Origin: Armatimonadota bacterium | GTDB lineage: Bacteria; Armatimonadota; SYMT01 | Length of the DNA: 64,000 bases | NCBI GenBank assembly: GCA_041690135.1 | Contig: JAWLHY010000003.1 | Span: 448,001 to 512,000 of the forward strand | Direction: 5' to 3' | Shown here: piece after piece, positions 32,119 through 42,274 of the stretch | Layout: the number at the start of each line of letters is the position of its first letter | Numbering within the stretch: position 1 is the first letter of the stretch | The notes under the pieces: model-generated | Seen by the model: only the letters and a program-made list of their open reading frames with translations | Databases searched by the model: none | Told to the model about the DNA's origin: nothing | Made by a program: the position numbers and the translations under genes

Positions 32119-34749
32119 TTGAGTCACGACCCCAACCCCAAGCCACAGCCCGTTCCCGTCGCCCGCGTCAATCGTCGCCGCCTCATGCAGGCCTCGGGCG
32201 CGACCGCGGCCGGGCTGGTGGTCGCGCCCGAATCGTTGACGGTTCCACCGGCGGAGGCAGCGGGAGAGACGGATTTCGCCAGCCGGTGGACCGTCTGTCA
32301 CGACCGGGTGTGGCTGGGGCCGGAGTACTGGGCGAACCCGCAGCAGGACTGGCGGGTTGCCGGGGGGCGGATCGAGTGTATCAACGCCGCGCCGGACCGC
32401 AACGTCCACCTGCTCACCCGGCAGCTCGGTGAGAAGCCCGGTGACCTGCACCTCAGCGTCCGTGTGGGCCGGGTGGGGAGCGGGCGGTGGGGGCAGGGGA
32501 AGGGTTCCGCGGGTTTCCGGATCGGCATCCAGGGTCCGCTTCGGGAGTATCGCAACAGCCTCGTCTTCGGTACAGGTCTCAATGCCGGCGTGACCAGCCA
32601 GGGCGGCCTCTTCATCGGGGAGTGGGACTCCGCGAAGCCGGGTGCCGTTCCGGCCGATCTGCCGGCCCTGGAGCTTCGCCTCACCGCGGAGACGAAGGGA
32701 GCAGCCTACACCATTACTCTCGCCGCGCACGATCCCGCGAACGGAAAGCTACTCGCCCAGGTGCGGCGGGAAGGGGTGCCGGCCGAACGGCTTGTCGGCA
32801 ACGTCGCCCTGGTGGCCAACTTCGGAAGCCCGCCCGGTCCCGGCGGTCGCCGCCGGCCGGGCGCGACCGGCGGAAACACCCTCGGCGTGGGGCAGTTCTG
32901 GTTTGCAGACTGGCGTCTTCGCGGCGGCAAGCTGGAGGCGCACGAAGACCATGCTTTCGGGCCGATCCTCTTCAACCACTACACCCTTAGCGATGGCGTC
33001 CTGAAGATGACGGCGCAGATGCCCCCGGTCGGCGCGAAGGAGTCCCAGGCCGTGCGTCTGCAAGTGCGACCTGGCAATTCCGGACCGTGGAAGACCCTCG
33101 GCGAGGAAACGATCCATCCACAGGCCCGCACCGCCACCTTCCGGGTGGAGAAGTGGAATGCGGGCAAAGACGTGCCCTACCGCCTGGCCTACACGCAGGT
33201 ATTCGCGGATGGGCGCACCGAGGAGCATTACTGGGCGGGGACCATCCGCCGCGACCCGGTAGATCAGCCCGTGCTCACGGTCGCGGACATCTCGTGCAAC
33301 ATCCACCAGGCCTTTCCGAACGCCCCCTACGTCGCCAACGTCGGCAAGCTCAACCCGGACCTGATTGCCTTCACCGGCGACCAGTTCTACGAAAGCACCG
33401 GCGGGTACGGCGTGGTCCGCACCCCGCTGGAACCCGCCATCCTGGACTACCTCCGCAAGTGGTACATCCACGGCTGGACCTGGCGTGAATTGACCCGGAA
33501 CCGCCCGAGCGTTTCCATCCCGGATGACCATGACGTCTACCAGGGCAACATCTGGGGCGAGAGCGGCGAGGGGAAGCGGCGTACCCAGGCGATGGGCGGC
33601 TACGAGATGTACCCTGATTGGGTCAACGTGGTCCATCGCACCCAGACGTCGCACCATCCGGACCCGCACGACCCCGCTCCCGTCCGGCAGGGCATCAGTG
33701 TCTACCATGGGCCGATGACTTACGGCCGGGTGAGTTTTGCGATCCTGGCCGACCGGATGTTCAAGTCCGGCCCGGAAGGGAAGGTGCCACCCACCCCCGG
33801 CCGCGGCGATCATGTGCTCGACCCGAATTTCGATCCGAAGACGGCCGACGTGCCGGGCGCGGAGCTCCTCGGTGAGCGCCAGATGCGCTTCCTGAGGGAG
33901 TGGGTCGCGGATTGGCGCGGCGCGGATATGAAAGCAGTCATCTCCCAGACCATCTTTTCCGCCATGGCGACTACCCACGGCGGCGAGCGCCAGGTGCTGC
34001 GGGCCGATTACGACGCCAACGGGTGGCCGCAAACGCCGCGCAACGAGGCGGTGCGCCTGATCCGGAAGGCGTTTGCCGTCCACTTGGCCGGTGATCAACA
34101 CCTGCCGGCCGTGGTGCAGTATGGCGTTGATACCCACCGGGACGGCCCCGTCGCGTTCGCGGGTCCCGCCGTCAACGTGGGGTACCCGCGCTGGTGGGAG
34201 CCCAAGGTGCCCGGACAGAACCGCGCGCCCGGCGCCCCCGAGATCACGGGCGACTTCCTGGACCATTTCGGCAACCCGATGACCGTGGTCGCCGTCAAGA
34301 ATGGGGCCGTCGAGCCGCGCCGTCCCGTGATGGAGATGATGGACGACAAAGCCTCCGGCCTCGGTATCGTCCGGTTCGACAAGCCCAACCGCAAGATCAC
34401 CATCGAGTGCTGGCCGTTTCTTGCCGATCCTACACGGCCCGGCACCCAGTTTCCCGGCTGGCCCGTTACGGTCGATATGATGGACAACTACGGCCGGGCT
34501 CCCGTAGCCTGGCTACCGACTATCAAAGTGAACGGCATGCGCGACCCCGTCGTCGAAGTGATCGACGAGGCCGATGGTGACCTCGTCTACGCCCTGCGTA
34601 TCCGCGGCAGCGAATTCCGTCCCCATGTCTTCAATGAAGGCTCTTATACCCTCCGTGTCGGGGAGCAACCGGGCCGCATGAAGACCCGCAAGGGGATCAA
34701 AGCCTCCCGCGACGAAGGCGGCCGCGTCATCAAGATTGATTTGGAGTGA
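32119..34749 (+). CDS. PhoD-like alkaline phosphatase D family metallophosphoesterase, Tat-exported
   Basis: NRRRLMQ Tat-like motif; GDQFYE, PDDHDV, GDQH; extra N- and C-terminal domains. Start is TTG 32119 or GTG 32110. Confidence 0.85.
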   Translation: MSHDPNPKPQPVPVARVNRRRLMQASGATAAGLVVAPESLTVPPAEAAGETDFASRWTVCHDRVWLGPEYWANPQQDWRVAGGRIECINAAPDRNVHLLTRQLGEKPGDLHLSVRVGRVGSGRWGQGKGSAGFRIGIQGPLREYRNSLVFGTGLNAGVTSQGGLFIGEWDSAKPGAVPADLPALELRLTAETKGAAYTITLAAHDPANGKLLAQVRREGVPAERLVGNVALVANFGSPPGPGGRRRPGATGGNTLGVGQFWFADWRLRGGKLEAHEDHAFGPILFNHYTLSDGVLKMTAQMPPVGAKESQAVRLQVRPGNSGPWKTLGEETIHPQARTATFRVEKWNAGKDVPYRLAYTQVFADGRTEEHYWAGTIRRDPVDQPVLTVADISCNIHQAFPNAPYVANVGKLNPDLIAFTGDQFYESTGGYGVVRTPLEPAILDYLRKWYIHGWTWRELTRNRPSVSIPDDHDVYQGNIWGESGEGKRRTQAMGGYEMYPDWVNVVHRTQTSHHPDPHDPAPVRQGISVYHGPMTYGRVSFAILADRMFKSGPEGKVPPTPGRGDHVLDPNFDPKTADVPGAELLGERQMRFLREWVADWRGADMKAVISQTIFSAMATTHGGERQVLRADYDANGWPQTPRNEAVRLIRKAFAVHLAGDQHLPAVVQYGVDTHRDGPVAFAGPAVNVGYPRWWEPKVPGQNRAPGAPEITGDFLDHFGNPMTVVAVKNGAVEPRRPVMEMMDDKASGLGIVRFDKPNRKITIECWPFLADPTRPGTQFPGWPVTVDMMDNYGRAPVAWLPTIKVNGMRDPVVEVIDEADGDLVYALRIRGSEFRPHVFNEGSYTLRVGEQPGRMKTRKGIKASRDEGGRVIKIDLE

Positions 34750-35129
34750 GGGGACGATCCGCGAATAACGCGAATGAGGCGAATGGGGAAGGCGATGCCG
34801 GCGTGGGGGACGACCCGCGAATAGCACGAATGAAGCTAAGTGGTGGAGTGGGGCGGGCGTCTCTCCCGACACGGTAGCCGCTACGGCGTTTGCAAGGTCC
34901 CCAGCTCTTATCCCCCGTGGCGTGGCGGAACTCAAAGGGATCTCACAGTTGGCTAACGACTGCGCATCCACGATGCGGGGAAGGGACAGCAGCCACTCTC
35001 CTACACCATCCCGTACCCGGGGTGGCTAAAACTGACTCCAATCGCGCTTGCGGGGGCCCTCACTCCTAACACTCGTCCTAATCGGGAGTTGGCCCGGTTC
35101 ATTCGCCCTATTTATCCAATTCGCGGATC
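34750..35129. repeat. Intergenic element bounded by GCGAAT-type nonamer repeats
   Basis: ggggacgatccgcgaataacgcgaatga (34750) repeated as ggggacgacccgcgaatagcacgaatga (34807); inverted copy ttcattcgcc...aattcgcggatc at 35098-35129. Confidence 0.7.
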
Positions 35130-35136
35130 ACTCACC

Positions 35137-36384
35137 ATGACGCGCAGACAGGCAATGCTCATCACCACGGCCGCCATGCTGCTGGCCGTCCGCGTCTCGG
35201 CGGACAACTGGCCCGCCTGGCGCGGCGCGCAGGGCAACGGCCACTGCCAGGAGAAGAACCTGCCCCTGCAGTGGTCCACCACGGAGAACGTGCGGTGGAA
35301 GGTCCCTCTGCCCAGCCCCGGCAACTCCACGCCGGTGATCTGGGGCGATCGCATCTTCCTCACCCAGTCCCTCGATGCGACCGGGTCGCAGCGCGCGGTG
35401 CTGTGCCTGGACCGCAAGGACGGCAAGGTGCTGTGGCAGAAGTCGGTGCCGTTCCAGGGTAGGGAAACGACCCACCGGGACAACCCCTACTGCTCCGGCT
35501 CGCCGGTGACGGATGGGGAGCGGGTCATCGCCTGGATGGGTTCGGCCGGCGTGGTCTGTTACGACTTCCAGGGCAACCAGCTCTGGTTCAAGGACCTGGG
35601 CAAGTTCGAACACATCTGGGGCAATTCGGGGACGCCCGTGCTCTACAAGGACCTGGCCATCCTGAACTGCGGCCCCGGAGAGCGTCAGTTTCTCGTCGCG
35701 CTCGACAAGAAGACGGGTAAGGAGATCTGGCGCGTGGACGAACCGGGCGGGAAATTCGGGACCACCAATCGCGAATGGCTGGGCTCCTGGAGCACTCCCG
35801 CCGTCACCACGATCAAGGGCCGGGAAGAACTCATCATGACCTGGCCGGGAGCGGTGAAGTCCTACGATCCAGCCACGGGGAAGCTCCTCTGGACCTGCGG
35901 CGGTCTCACCCCCCTGGTCTACACCTCACCCCTGGTCAGCGACGAGGTCATCGTCGCCATGTGCGGCTTCGGGGGTTCCTGGATGGGCGTAAAGACCGGC
36001 GGCATCGGCGATGTCACCGCCACCCACCAACTCTGGCGCGTGCCCCGGGCACCCCAGCGGATCGGTTCCGGGGTCATCATCGGCGATCACATCTACATGG
36101 TGAACGAGCCGGGCGTGGCCCAATGCACCGAGTTGAAAACCGGTAAGGTCTTGTGGGAAGAGCGGCTCGGCACCAGTACCTGGGGCAGCCTCGTCCATGC
36201 GGATGGCAAGCTCTACGTGACAAGCCGCCGGGGCGAGACGTATGTCTTCGCGGCGAAGCCCCAGTTTGAGCTGATCGCCCGCAACCCGTTGAACGAGACC
36301 ACCCTCTCCTCTATCGCGGTCTCCAACGGCGACCTTTTTATCCGCACCTATCAGCATCTCTGGTGCATCAAGGGCGGTTCGTGA
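35137..36384 (+). CDS. PQQ-binding-like (BamB-like) beta-propeller protein
   Basis: Signal peptide then DNWPAWRG; repeated DxxxGKxxW blades; ends LFIRTYQHLWCI. Confidence 0.88.
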   Translation: MTRRQAMLITTAAMLLAVRVSADNWPAWRGAQGNGHCQEKNLPLQWSTTENVRWKVPLPSPGNSTPVIWGDRIFLTQSLDATGSQRAVLCLDRKDGKVLWQKSVPFQGRETTHRDNPYCSGSPVTDGERVIAWMGSAGVVCYDFQGNQLWFKDLGKFEHIWGNSGTPVLYKDLAILNCGPGERQFLVALDKKTGKEIWRVDEPGGKFGTTNREWLGSWSTPAVTTIKGREELIMTWPGAVKSYDPATGKLLWTCGGLTPLVYTSPLVSDEVIVAMCGFGGSWMGVKTGGIGDVTATHQLWRVPRAPQRIGSGVIIGDHIYMVNEPGVAQCTELKTGKVLWEERLGTSTWGSLVHADGKLYVTSRRGETYVFAAKPQFELIARNPLNETTLSSIAVSNGDLFIRTYQHLWCIKGGS

Positions 36385-36403
36385 GGGGCTCTCGGACCAG
36401 AGC

Positions 36404-36451
36404 TCAATTTTCAATTTCAAATTTACAATTTACAATTTGCAGTTTGCAATC
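36404..36451. repeat. AT-rich heptamer tandem repeat (CAATTTN, about 7 units)
   Basis: caatttt caatttc aaattta caattta caatttg cagtttg caatc. Confidence 0.85.
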
Positions 36452-36486
36452 CCCCAACTGCACTTCCCAGATCGGAGACCCCAGGA

Positions 36487-37770
36487 ATGCCTTCTCGTTG
36501 GAAGTCCGCCGCCTGTGCGGCCCTCGCCGTGTGCACCCTAGCTTCGCTCACCTCTGCCGCTCTCGCCCAGCGCTCCGCGGCCGGAAAGAGCCGGGAGTGG
36601 TTCCAGTGGCGCGGCCCGGACCGCACTGGAATCTCGCAGGAGACCGGCCTGTTGAAGAGCTGGCCCGCAGAGGGGCCGAAGCTGCTCTGGAAGGCGGAGG
36701 GGCTGGGCGGTGGCTACAGCACCCCGTCGTTTGTCGGAAACCGCCTCTACGGCATGGGCTACAAGGGCACGGATGAAGTCGTCTGGGCGCGAAACCTGGC
36801 CGACGGCAGCGAGCTCTGGCGGGTCCGCATCAACGACATCAACAAGGGGATCGGTTACCCCGATGGCTCGCGCTGCACCCCCACCGTGGACGGCAACCTG
36901 GTCTACGCGCTTGGGGTGAGCGGCGACCTCGTCTGCCTGGAAGCGGCGACAGGCAAGATGCGCTGGCAGAAGAACCTGGTGCGGGACTTCGGCGGCGCCG
37001 TCCCGAACTGGGGTTATGCCGAGTCGCCCCTCATCGACGGCGAGAAGTTGCTCGTCTCGCCCGGCGGGGCCAGTGCCACGGTCGTTGCACTGAATAAGGC
37101 GGACGGCTCCGTAATCTGGAAGTGCGCTACCCCGGATGCCTCCGCCGCCTGCTACGCCTCCATCCTGCCCGCGGACATGGGCGGCAAGCGCCAGTACGTG
37201 GCCTACCTCGCCGGTGGAGTTTATGGCGTCTCCACGGACGGCAAGCTACTCTGGCACTACGCCAGCCCCGGCAACCGCATCGTCTGCACCACCCCGGTCT
37301 ACAAGGACCAGATGGTCTTCGCCACCACCGCCTACGATAAGGGCGGCGGGGCCGTCCGCCTGAAGCCAACAGCTACCGGCGTGGAAGCAACGGAAGCCTA
37401 CTTCGACCGGGAGATCCAGAACCATCACGGCGGCGTGGTGCTCCTGGGCGACCACATGTACTACTTCGAAGGCTGGAAGATCGGGCGTCTCGTCTGCCGC
37501 GAGTTCAAGACCGGCAAGCTGGTCTGGGCCGACGAAACAAAGCGCAAGGGCTCCATCGTCTACGCGGAAGGTCTCCTCTACTGCCGGAACGAGCGCGGCA
37601 CGATGAGCATCGTCGAGGCTAGCCCGAAGGGCTACAAGGAGATCAGCAGCTTTGAGCAGCCGTTCCGGAGCGGCAAGAACGCCTGGGCGCATCCGGTCGT
37701 CACCGGCGGCAAGCTCTACCTCCGCGATCAGGACGTGCTTCTCTGCTACGACATTCGCGACGGGAAGTGA
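36487..37770 (+). CDS. PQQ-binding-like (BamB-like) beta-propeller protein
   Basis: EWFQWRGPDRTG, WPAEGPKLLW, WGYAESPL, NHHGG, WAHPVVTGGKLYLRDQD. Confidence 0.88.
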   Translation: MPSRWKSAACAALAVCTLASLTSAALAQRSAAGKSREWFQWRGPDRTGISQETGLLKSWPAEGPKLLWKAEGLGGGYSTPSFVGNRLYGMGYKGTDEVVWARNLADGSELWRVRINDINKGIGYPDGSRCTPTVDGNLVYALGVSGDLVCLEAATGKMRWQKNLVRDFGGAVPNWGYAESPLIDGEKLLVSPGGASATVVALNKADGSVIWKCATPDASAACYASILPADMGGKRQYVAYLAGGVYGVSTDGKLLWHYASPGNRIVCTTPVYKDQMVFATTAYDKGGGAVRLKPTATGVEATEAYFDREIQNHHGGVVLLGDHMYYFEGWKIGRLVCREFKTGKLVWADETKRKGSIVYAEGLLYCRNERGTMSIVEASPKGYKEISSFEQPFRSGKNAWAHPVVTGGKLYLRDQDVLLCYDIRDGK

Positions 37771-37872
37771 TTTCCGGCTGAGTTCACCCAAAGAACCCTT
37801 CGCGCCGCGAAGGTGTTGCCGCCTCGGCTAAGGTTTGGCTAAGGCGCTGGGGGGAAAGGGCAACCTGTGCTA

Positions 37873-37881
37873 TGGTAGAAT
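37873..37881 (+). promoter_or_regulatory. Possible extended -10 promoter
   Basis: TGgTAGAAT upstream of the GT2 gene. Confidence 0.35.
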
Positions 37882-38113
37882 GGCTTCATTCCAACGCCTG
37901 ATCGGAGCGCCCCCCCCAGACTGCGGCACCCACTGTTCGTAGTCCGGTTAGCGCGGGTCGTGAAGGTCGGGGAATTCAGGCGCTCTTCCGCAGCCTGGGC
38001 AAATGAGGTATGTCCGCCCTCGAGCAGTATAGAGGCGTGAAGCCATACCCGGCTGGAAAAGGTCCGTCGACCGGATTCGGCCTGTGCGCCGCCGAAAAGG
38101 CGGAGAGGAGCCC

Positions 38114-39040
38114 ATGCGAACCAGCATCGTTATACCGACCCGAAACCGCGCGGAAATGGTTGTGGAAGCGGTGACCAGCGTCCTTTCGACGCAGGGGCCG
38201 TGCCGCCAGGTAGTGGTCGTCGACGATGGTTCCACGGATCACACTCGCGAAGCGCTCTCCCGTTTTGGAAACGAGATCGTCGTAGTCGACGGCGGTGGAC
38301 GGGGTAAGGGCAACGCCCGAAATGCCGGGGTCCGGCGCGCGGAAGGGGAATGGATCGCGTTCCTCGACGATGATGATCTATTCCTTCCGGAGGGCCTGGA
38401 GAAGCTCGAGAACACACTTGCCGCGGCTCCCGCGGAAGTGGGGGTCGTCTACGGCCGGCCGCAGTACATCCGCACGGATCCGTCCAACCCCCTGGTGGCG
38501 CAGCTACCCGAAGGACACGGTGAGGAAGGGTGGGTCTTTCCCCGTCTGCTGGCAGGCAGCTTCATGGTGACCGGCACGATGCTGGTGCGGAGGTCGGTCG
38601 TGTTGGAAGTCGGCGGTATGGACCCGACGCTGCCTTACGTGCAGGACTACGAGCTCTGGCTTCGGATCTCCGCCAATTGCCGGTTCCGTCATGTGGATGC
38701 CGATATCTGCCGTGTTCGCCTCCATGCAACGAACAGCACCCGCAACATCGAGGAGGCGGGACGGCTTACGGAGCAGGTAAAGCAGCGGCACTTGCTGTCG
38801 GGTAGCTGCACTCGCTACGCGGCGGCGCGGGCCGCGGAGGGGGACAGTGGAACCCGAGTGGCGCTCGCCGAACTGTGCCTGGATCTCGCCCGACGTCGCT
38901 GGTGGGAAGGTGACGTAACCACGAGCCGTCGCGCGCATCTGCAGGCGTTTCGGCTAGCGCCGCAACTGGCCATCACCCGCCTGGGGCCTCTGTGGCGGGC
39001 CTGGGTGCCCATCCAGCGCCCGCTGCGCACCCATCATTAA
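38114..39040 (+). CDS. Glycosyltransferase family 2
   Basis: SIVIPTRN, VVVDDGSTD, ARNAG, FLDDDD, QDYELWLR; gaggag RBS. Confidence 0.92.
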   Translation: MRTSIVIPTRNRAEMVVEAVTSVLSTQGPCRQVVVVDDGSTDHTREALSRFGNEIVVVDGGGRGKGNARNAGVRRAEGEWIAFLDDDDLFLPEGLEKLENTLAAAPAEVGVVYGRPQYIRTDPSNPLVAQLPEGHGEEGWVFPRLLAGSFMVTGTMLVRRSVVLEVGGMDPTLPYVQDYELWLRISANCRFRHVDADICRVRLHATNSTRNIEEAGRLTEQVKQRHLLSGSCTRYAAARAAEGDSGTRVALAELCLDLARRRWWEGDVTTSRRAHLQAFRLAPQLAITRLGPLWRAWVPIQRPLRTHH

Positions 39041-39091
39041 GTGGAATGGCCGACTGCAAGCTCCGGGTTTGCAGTCGGCGTACTCCGAGCT

Positions 39092-40402
39092 TTACTCTGA
39101 CTTCAGGCTCGCGCAGACCAGTTCTTCGTCGTTTCGCGCGAACACGTGCTGGTTGGCAAAGGCCGGGTGGGACCAGCAGACGCCCCCGCGCTCCCGAAGC
39201 TGGGCCAGGGTCGGTTTCAAGAGCCCGGCCCGGCTGATCTCCTGGAAGCCCGTGGGAGAGAGGCTGCCGATGATCAGCTCTCCCCGCTCGTTGAAGATCC
39301 AGACCCGCTCCCCGTTCCGCACTAGGTGCGCGGCCGCCCACCGGTTCAGGGGCACCACGCTGACATTCTCCCAGAGGCGGTCGCCGGTCTTCGCGTCCAG
39401 GCAGCGCAGCTCGCCCTTGGAGCAGATGCCGTAGATGTAGTCTCCCATCAGGAGCGGCGTTGAGATGAGGGAGTGGAGCGCATCCGTGTTCTGCTCCGTG
39501 GCACCCCGTCGCTGCCAGAGCTGCTCTACAGCCAGCCGGTCCTTCGGGACCCGCAGCATGAGCGACCCATCGATGGCGCTGCTCAGGAAGAGCCGGTCGC
39601 CGTTCAACACTGGGGTGGCGATCCCGATGGGCCACCGCTTCCGTGGGAACGGCGCCGACCAGTACTCGGCGCCCGTCCGCGGATCGAGCCCCACCACCCG
39701 GTCGGCCGTCCACACCACCGTCACCCGCTTTCCGGCCTGGTCGATGGTGATCGGCGCGGAGTAGGAGGCCGGGTCGCCCAGGGCCTTCCAGCGCTCCTTC
39801 CCCGTCCTTTTGTCCAGGGCCACCACGCACGCGTCCTTGCCGCCGATCTGGAGGATCACCACGTCCTTCTCAATCAGGGGCGAGGCCGCGATTCCCCAGG
39901 TGGGGAGATTGATTTCGTATTCCCGGTTCAGGTCCCGGCTCCAGAGCAGCTTGCCGCGGGCCGCATCGAAGCAGTGGAGGTGCCCCAGCGCTCCCAGAGC
40001 GTACGCTCGACCCTCATCGAGGGTGACGGAGGCGCGCGGCCCGGCGGGGTAGCTCACGCCTCCATATGGCGCCTCGTAAGAGTGAGACCAGATCTTCTCG
40101 CCGGTCTTCTCGTCGAAGCAGTGGACCCGCTCCAGTTGCTGCGGCTCGGCTACCCGGTCGGTGACGTAGACCCGTCCTTTGGCCACCGTCGGTCCGCTGT
40201 AACCGCTCCCGATGGGCACGCGCCACTTGATGGGGATCTCCGGCCCGGCGAACTTCCGGATCAGGCCCTTCTCCGTCCACTGCCCGTCTCGGTTTACCCC
40301 GCGCCACTGCGGCCAGTCCTCCGCGCCCGCCCCCAGTGCGGAGAGCAGGACCCATCCCCCCACCACCGCCATGCAAAGTCCACGTCGATTGCCAGTGCCC
40401 AC
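39092..40402 (-). CDS. PQQ-binding-like (BamB-like) beta-propeller protein
   Basis: EDWPQWRG, GYSGPTV, TDALHSLISTP, WSHPAFANQHVFARND. Confidence 0.88.
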   Translation of the reverse strand: MGTGNRRGLCMAVVGGWVLLSALGAGAEDWPQWRGVNRDGQWTEKGLIRKFAGPEIPIKWRVPIGSGYSGPTVAKGRVYVTDRVAEPQQLERVHCFDEKTGEKIWSHSYEAPYGGVSYPAGPRASVTLDEGRAYALGALGHLHCFDAARGKLLWSRDLNREYEINLPTWGIAASPLIEKDVVILQIGGKDACVVALDKRTGKERWKALGDPASYSAPITIDQAGKRVTVVWTADRVVGLDPRTGAEYWSAPFPRKRWPIGIATPVLNGDRLFLSSAIDGSLMLRVPKDRLAVEQLWQRRGATEQNTDALHSLISTPLLMGDYIYGICSKGELRCLDAKTGDRLWENVSVVPLNRWAAAHLVRNGERVWIFNERGELIIGSLSPTGFQEISRAGLLKPTLAQLRERGGVCWSHPAFANQHVFARNDEELVCASLKSE

Positions 40403-40427
40403 AGCCTCTCCCTCGTTGTTCAGCGCC

Positions 40428-40877
40428 CTAATGCGCGGTGAGTGATCGCCGCACCGCTTCTAGATCTGTAGACCGGCCGACCGTGTCGATCATTCTGTCA
40501 AGCTGTTTGAGATCGGTTTCAGATTGGGCCAAGTCCGCAATATCCAGCGGCCCGGGCCGAAGCGGGTACTGATGAACTTCAGGATCGTGTCGTGTTTCGC
40601 CTCGGCGACAATCTCTTGCAGGAGCGGGGACTCGATCATGGCCTGTCGCCCTCCGAGTAGTTAGATCAGTTGACTTTCATTATAGCGAAGCTTCGCCAAG
40701 AACTGAGTGACGACCGGCGAGGTGCGCCTCGATCACACCATCCGGGATTTGACCCGGCTGAACCAGCTCCGCCGGAAGCGGGCGCCAGGAGACCACGTCC
40801 GTGATGCCTCCCAGGCGCAGGATGGAGTCACCATGGTGGTCGATCAACCACTTGGAGCTGCGGTCGTAATTGCCCAT
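40428..40877 (-). pseudogene. Decayed Rpn/DUF4351-like (PD-(D/E)XK-associated) gene
   Basis: N-terminus YDRSSKWLIDHHGDSILRL...PDG is joined out of frame to TQFLAKLRYN...*LLGGRQAMIESPLLQEI...RFGP (TAA at 40661-40663); a second frameshift near 40550 leads to PLDIADL...LEAVRRSL. Confidence 0.7.
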
Positions 40878-40891
40878 TCCTCCAATTGCCT

Positions 40892-42274
40892 TTACGGCGC
40901 CTTCAGACTGGCGCAGACGAGCTCCCGGTCGTTGCGGACGTAGATGCTCTGGTTGGCGTAAGCCGGATGCGCCCAGCAGACCCCGCCGCGCTGGTTGAGC
41001 TGCGGAGTGGTGGGTTGAATCAGGTTGGCCCGGCTGATCTCTTCATATCCCTTTGGCGTGAGCCGGGAGATGATGACGTCGCCGCGCTCGTTGAACATCC
41101 AGACCCGATCGCCGTTGCGGACGAAGTGGATCGTGGCCCACCGGGCCTTCGGCACGGCGTCGAGGCTCTCCCACAAGCGTTCTCCCGTCTTCGCATCCAG
41201 GCAGCGCAGCTCGCCGTAGCTATCCACACCGTAGAGGTAGTCGCCCACCATCATCGGCGTGGAGATAATCGAATGGAGCGCGTCCGTGCTCCGCTCGTTC
41301 GGCCCGCGGCGCTGCCAGAGTTTCTCCACCCCCAGCTCATCCTGCTTCAAGCGCAGCATCAGGGAGCCGTCGTAGAAGCTGGTGAGGAAGAGGCGGTCCT
41401 TCTCCACGATGGGGGTGGCAATGGCAATGACCATCTGCACCGGCGGGTACGGATGATCCCAGTGGAGCTTGCCGGTTTGGGGATCCAACCCGACCACTCT
41501 CTCGCCGGTCCGGCATACCAGCACTTCCTTCCCGGCCTGCTGAATCAGGATCGGTGCGGAATAGGATGGCTTGTCCGGCAGGGCGCGCCACCGCTCCCGA
41601 CCGGTGACCTTGTCGAAGGCCACGAGGCAGGCGTTATCCTCGCCTCCGATATGGGTGATAACAAGGTCGCCATCGATCAACGGGGACGCCGCGAGGCCCC
41701 AGATCGGCATCTGGAGCCGGTATTCGGCGTTCAGATCATGTTTCCAGAGGACCTTCCCACTGGCCGCATCCAGGCAGTGGAGATGCCCGACGGCCCCCAG
41801 CGTGTACGCTCGGTTCTGGTCTACGGTTACCGCGGCGCGCGGCCCGGCCTGGTACTGGATGGACCGGTAGTCCGCGTCGTAGACGTGCGTCCAGACCGGC
41901 TTCCCCGTGCGGGCATCGAAGCAATGAATCCGCTCTTGCTGTGCCGGCTCGGTTACCCGGTCGGTGACGTAGACGCGGCCGTTGGCCACAGAGGGCGCGC
42001 TATAACCGGCACCGACCGGAGCCCGCCAGGTGGCGGGAAGCCGGGGCCCGGCAAACTTCTGCACCAGGCCCTGTTCCTTCCACACCCCATCGCGCGCGGT
42101 GCCGCGCCACTGTGGCCAGTCGTCCGAGAATGCTCCAGCCGCCGCTACTGTAAGAGAGGCAGCCAACAGCGACACGACCGCGGGCTTTAACCTGCGGTAC
42201 GGCGGATTGGCCCTGTGGCGTTTCCCAGGTGTGTGGAGCGTCATGGCGGTGAGAGAGCGGAACAGGCGTGGCAT
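40892..42274 (-). CDS. PQQ-binding-like beta-propeller protein, close paralog of 39092-40402
   Basis: DDWPQWRG, GYSAPSV, TDALHSIISTP, WAHPAYANQSIYVRND; gggagg RBS. Confidence 0.88.
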   Translation of the reverse strand: MPRLFRSLTAMTLHTPGKRHRANPPYRRLKPAVVSLLAASLTVAAAGAFSDDWPQWRGTARDGVWKEQGLVQKFAGPRLPATWRAPVGAGYSAPSVANGRVYVTDRVTEPAQQERIHCFDARTGKPVWTHVYDADYRSIQYQAGPRAAVTVDQNRAYTLGAVGHLHCLDAASGKVLWKHDLNAEYRLQMPIWGLAASPLIDGDLVITHIGGEDNACLVAFDKVTGRERWRALPDKPSYSAPILIQQAGKEVLVCRTGERVVGLDPQTGKLHWDHPYPPVQMVIAIATPIVEKDRLFLTSFYDGSLMLRLKQDELGVEKLWQRRGPNERSTDALHSIISTPMMVGDYLYGVDSYGELRCLDAKTGERLWESLDAVPKARWATIHFVRNGDRVWMFNERGDVIISRLTPKGYEEISRANLIQPTTPQLNQRGGVCWAHPAYANQSIYVRNDRELVCASLKAP

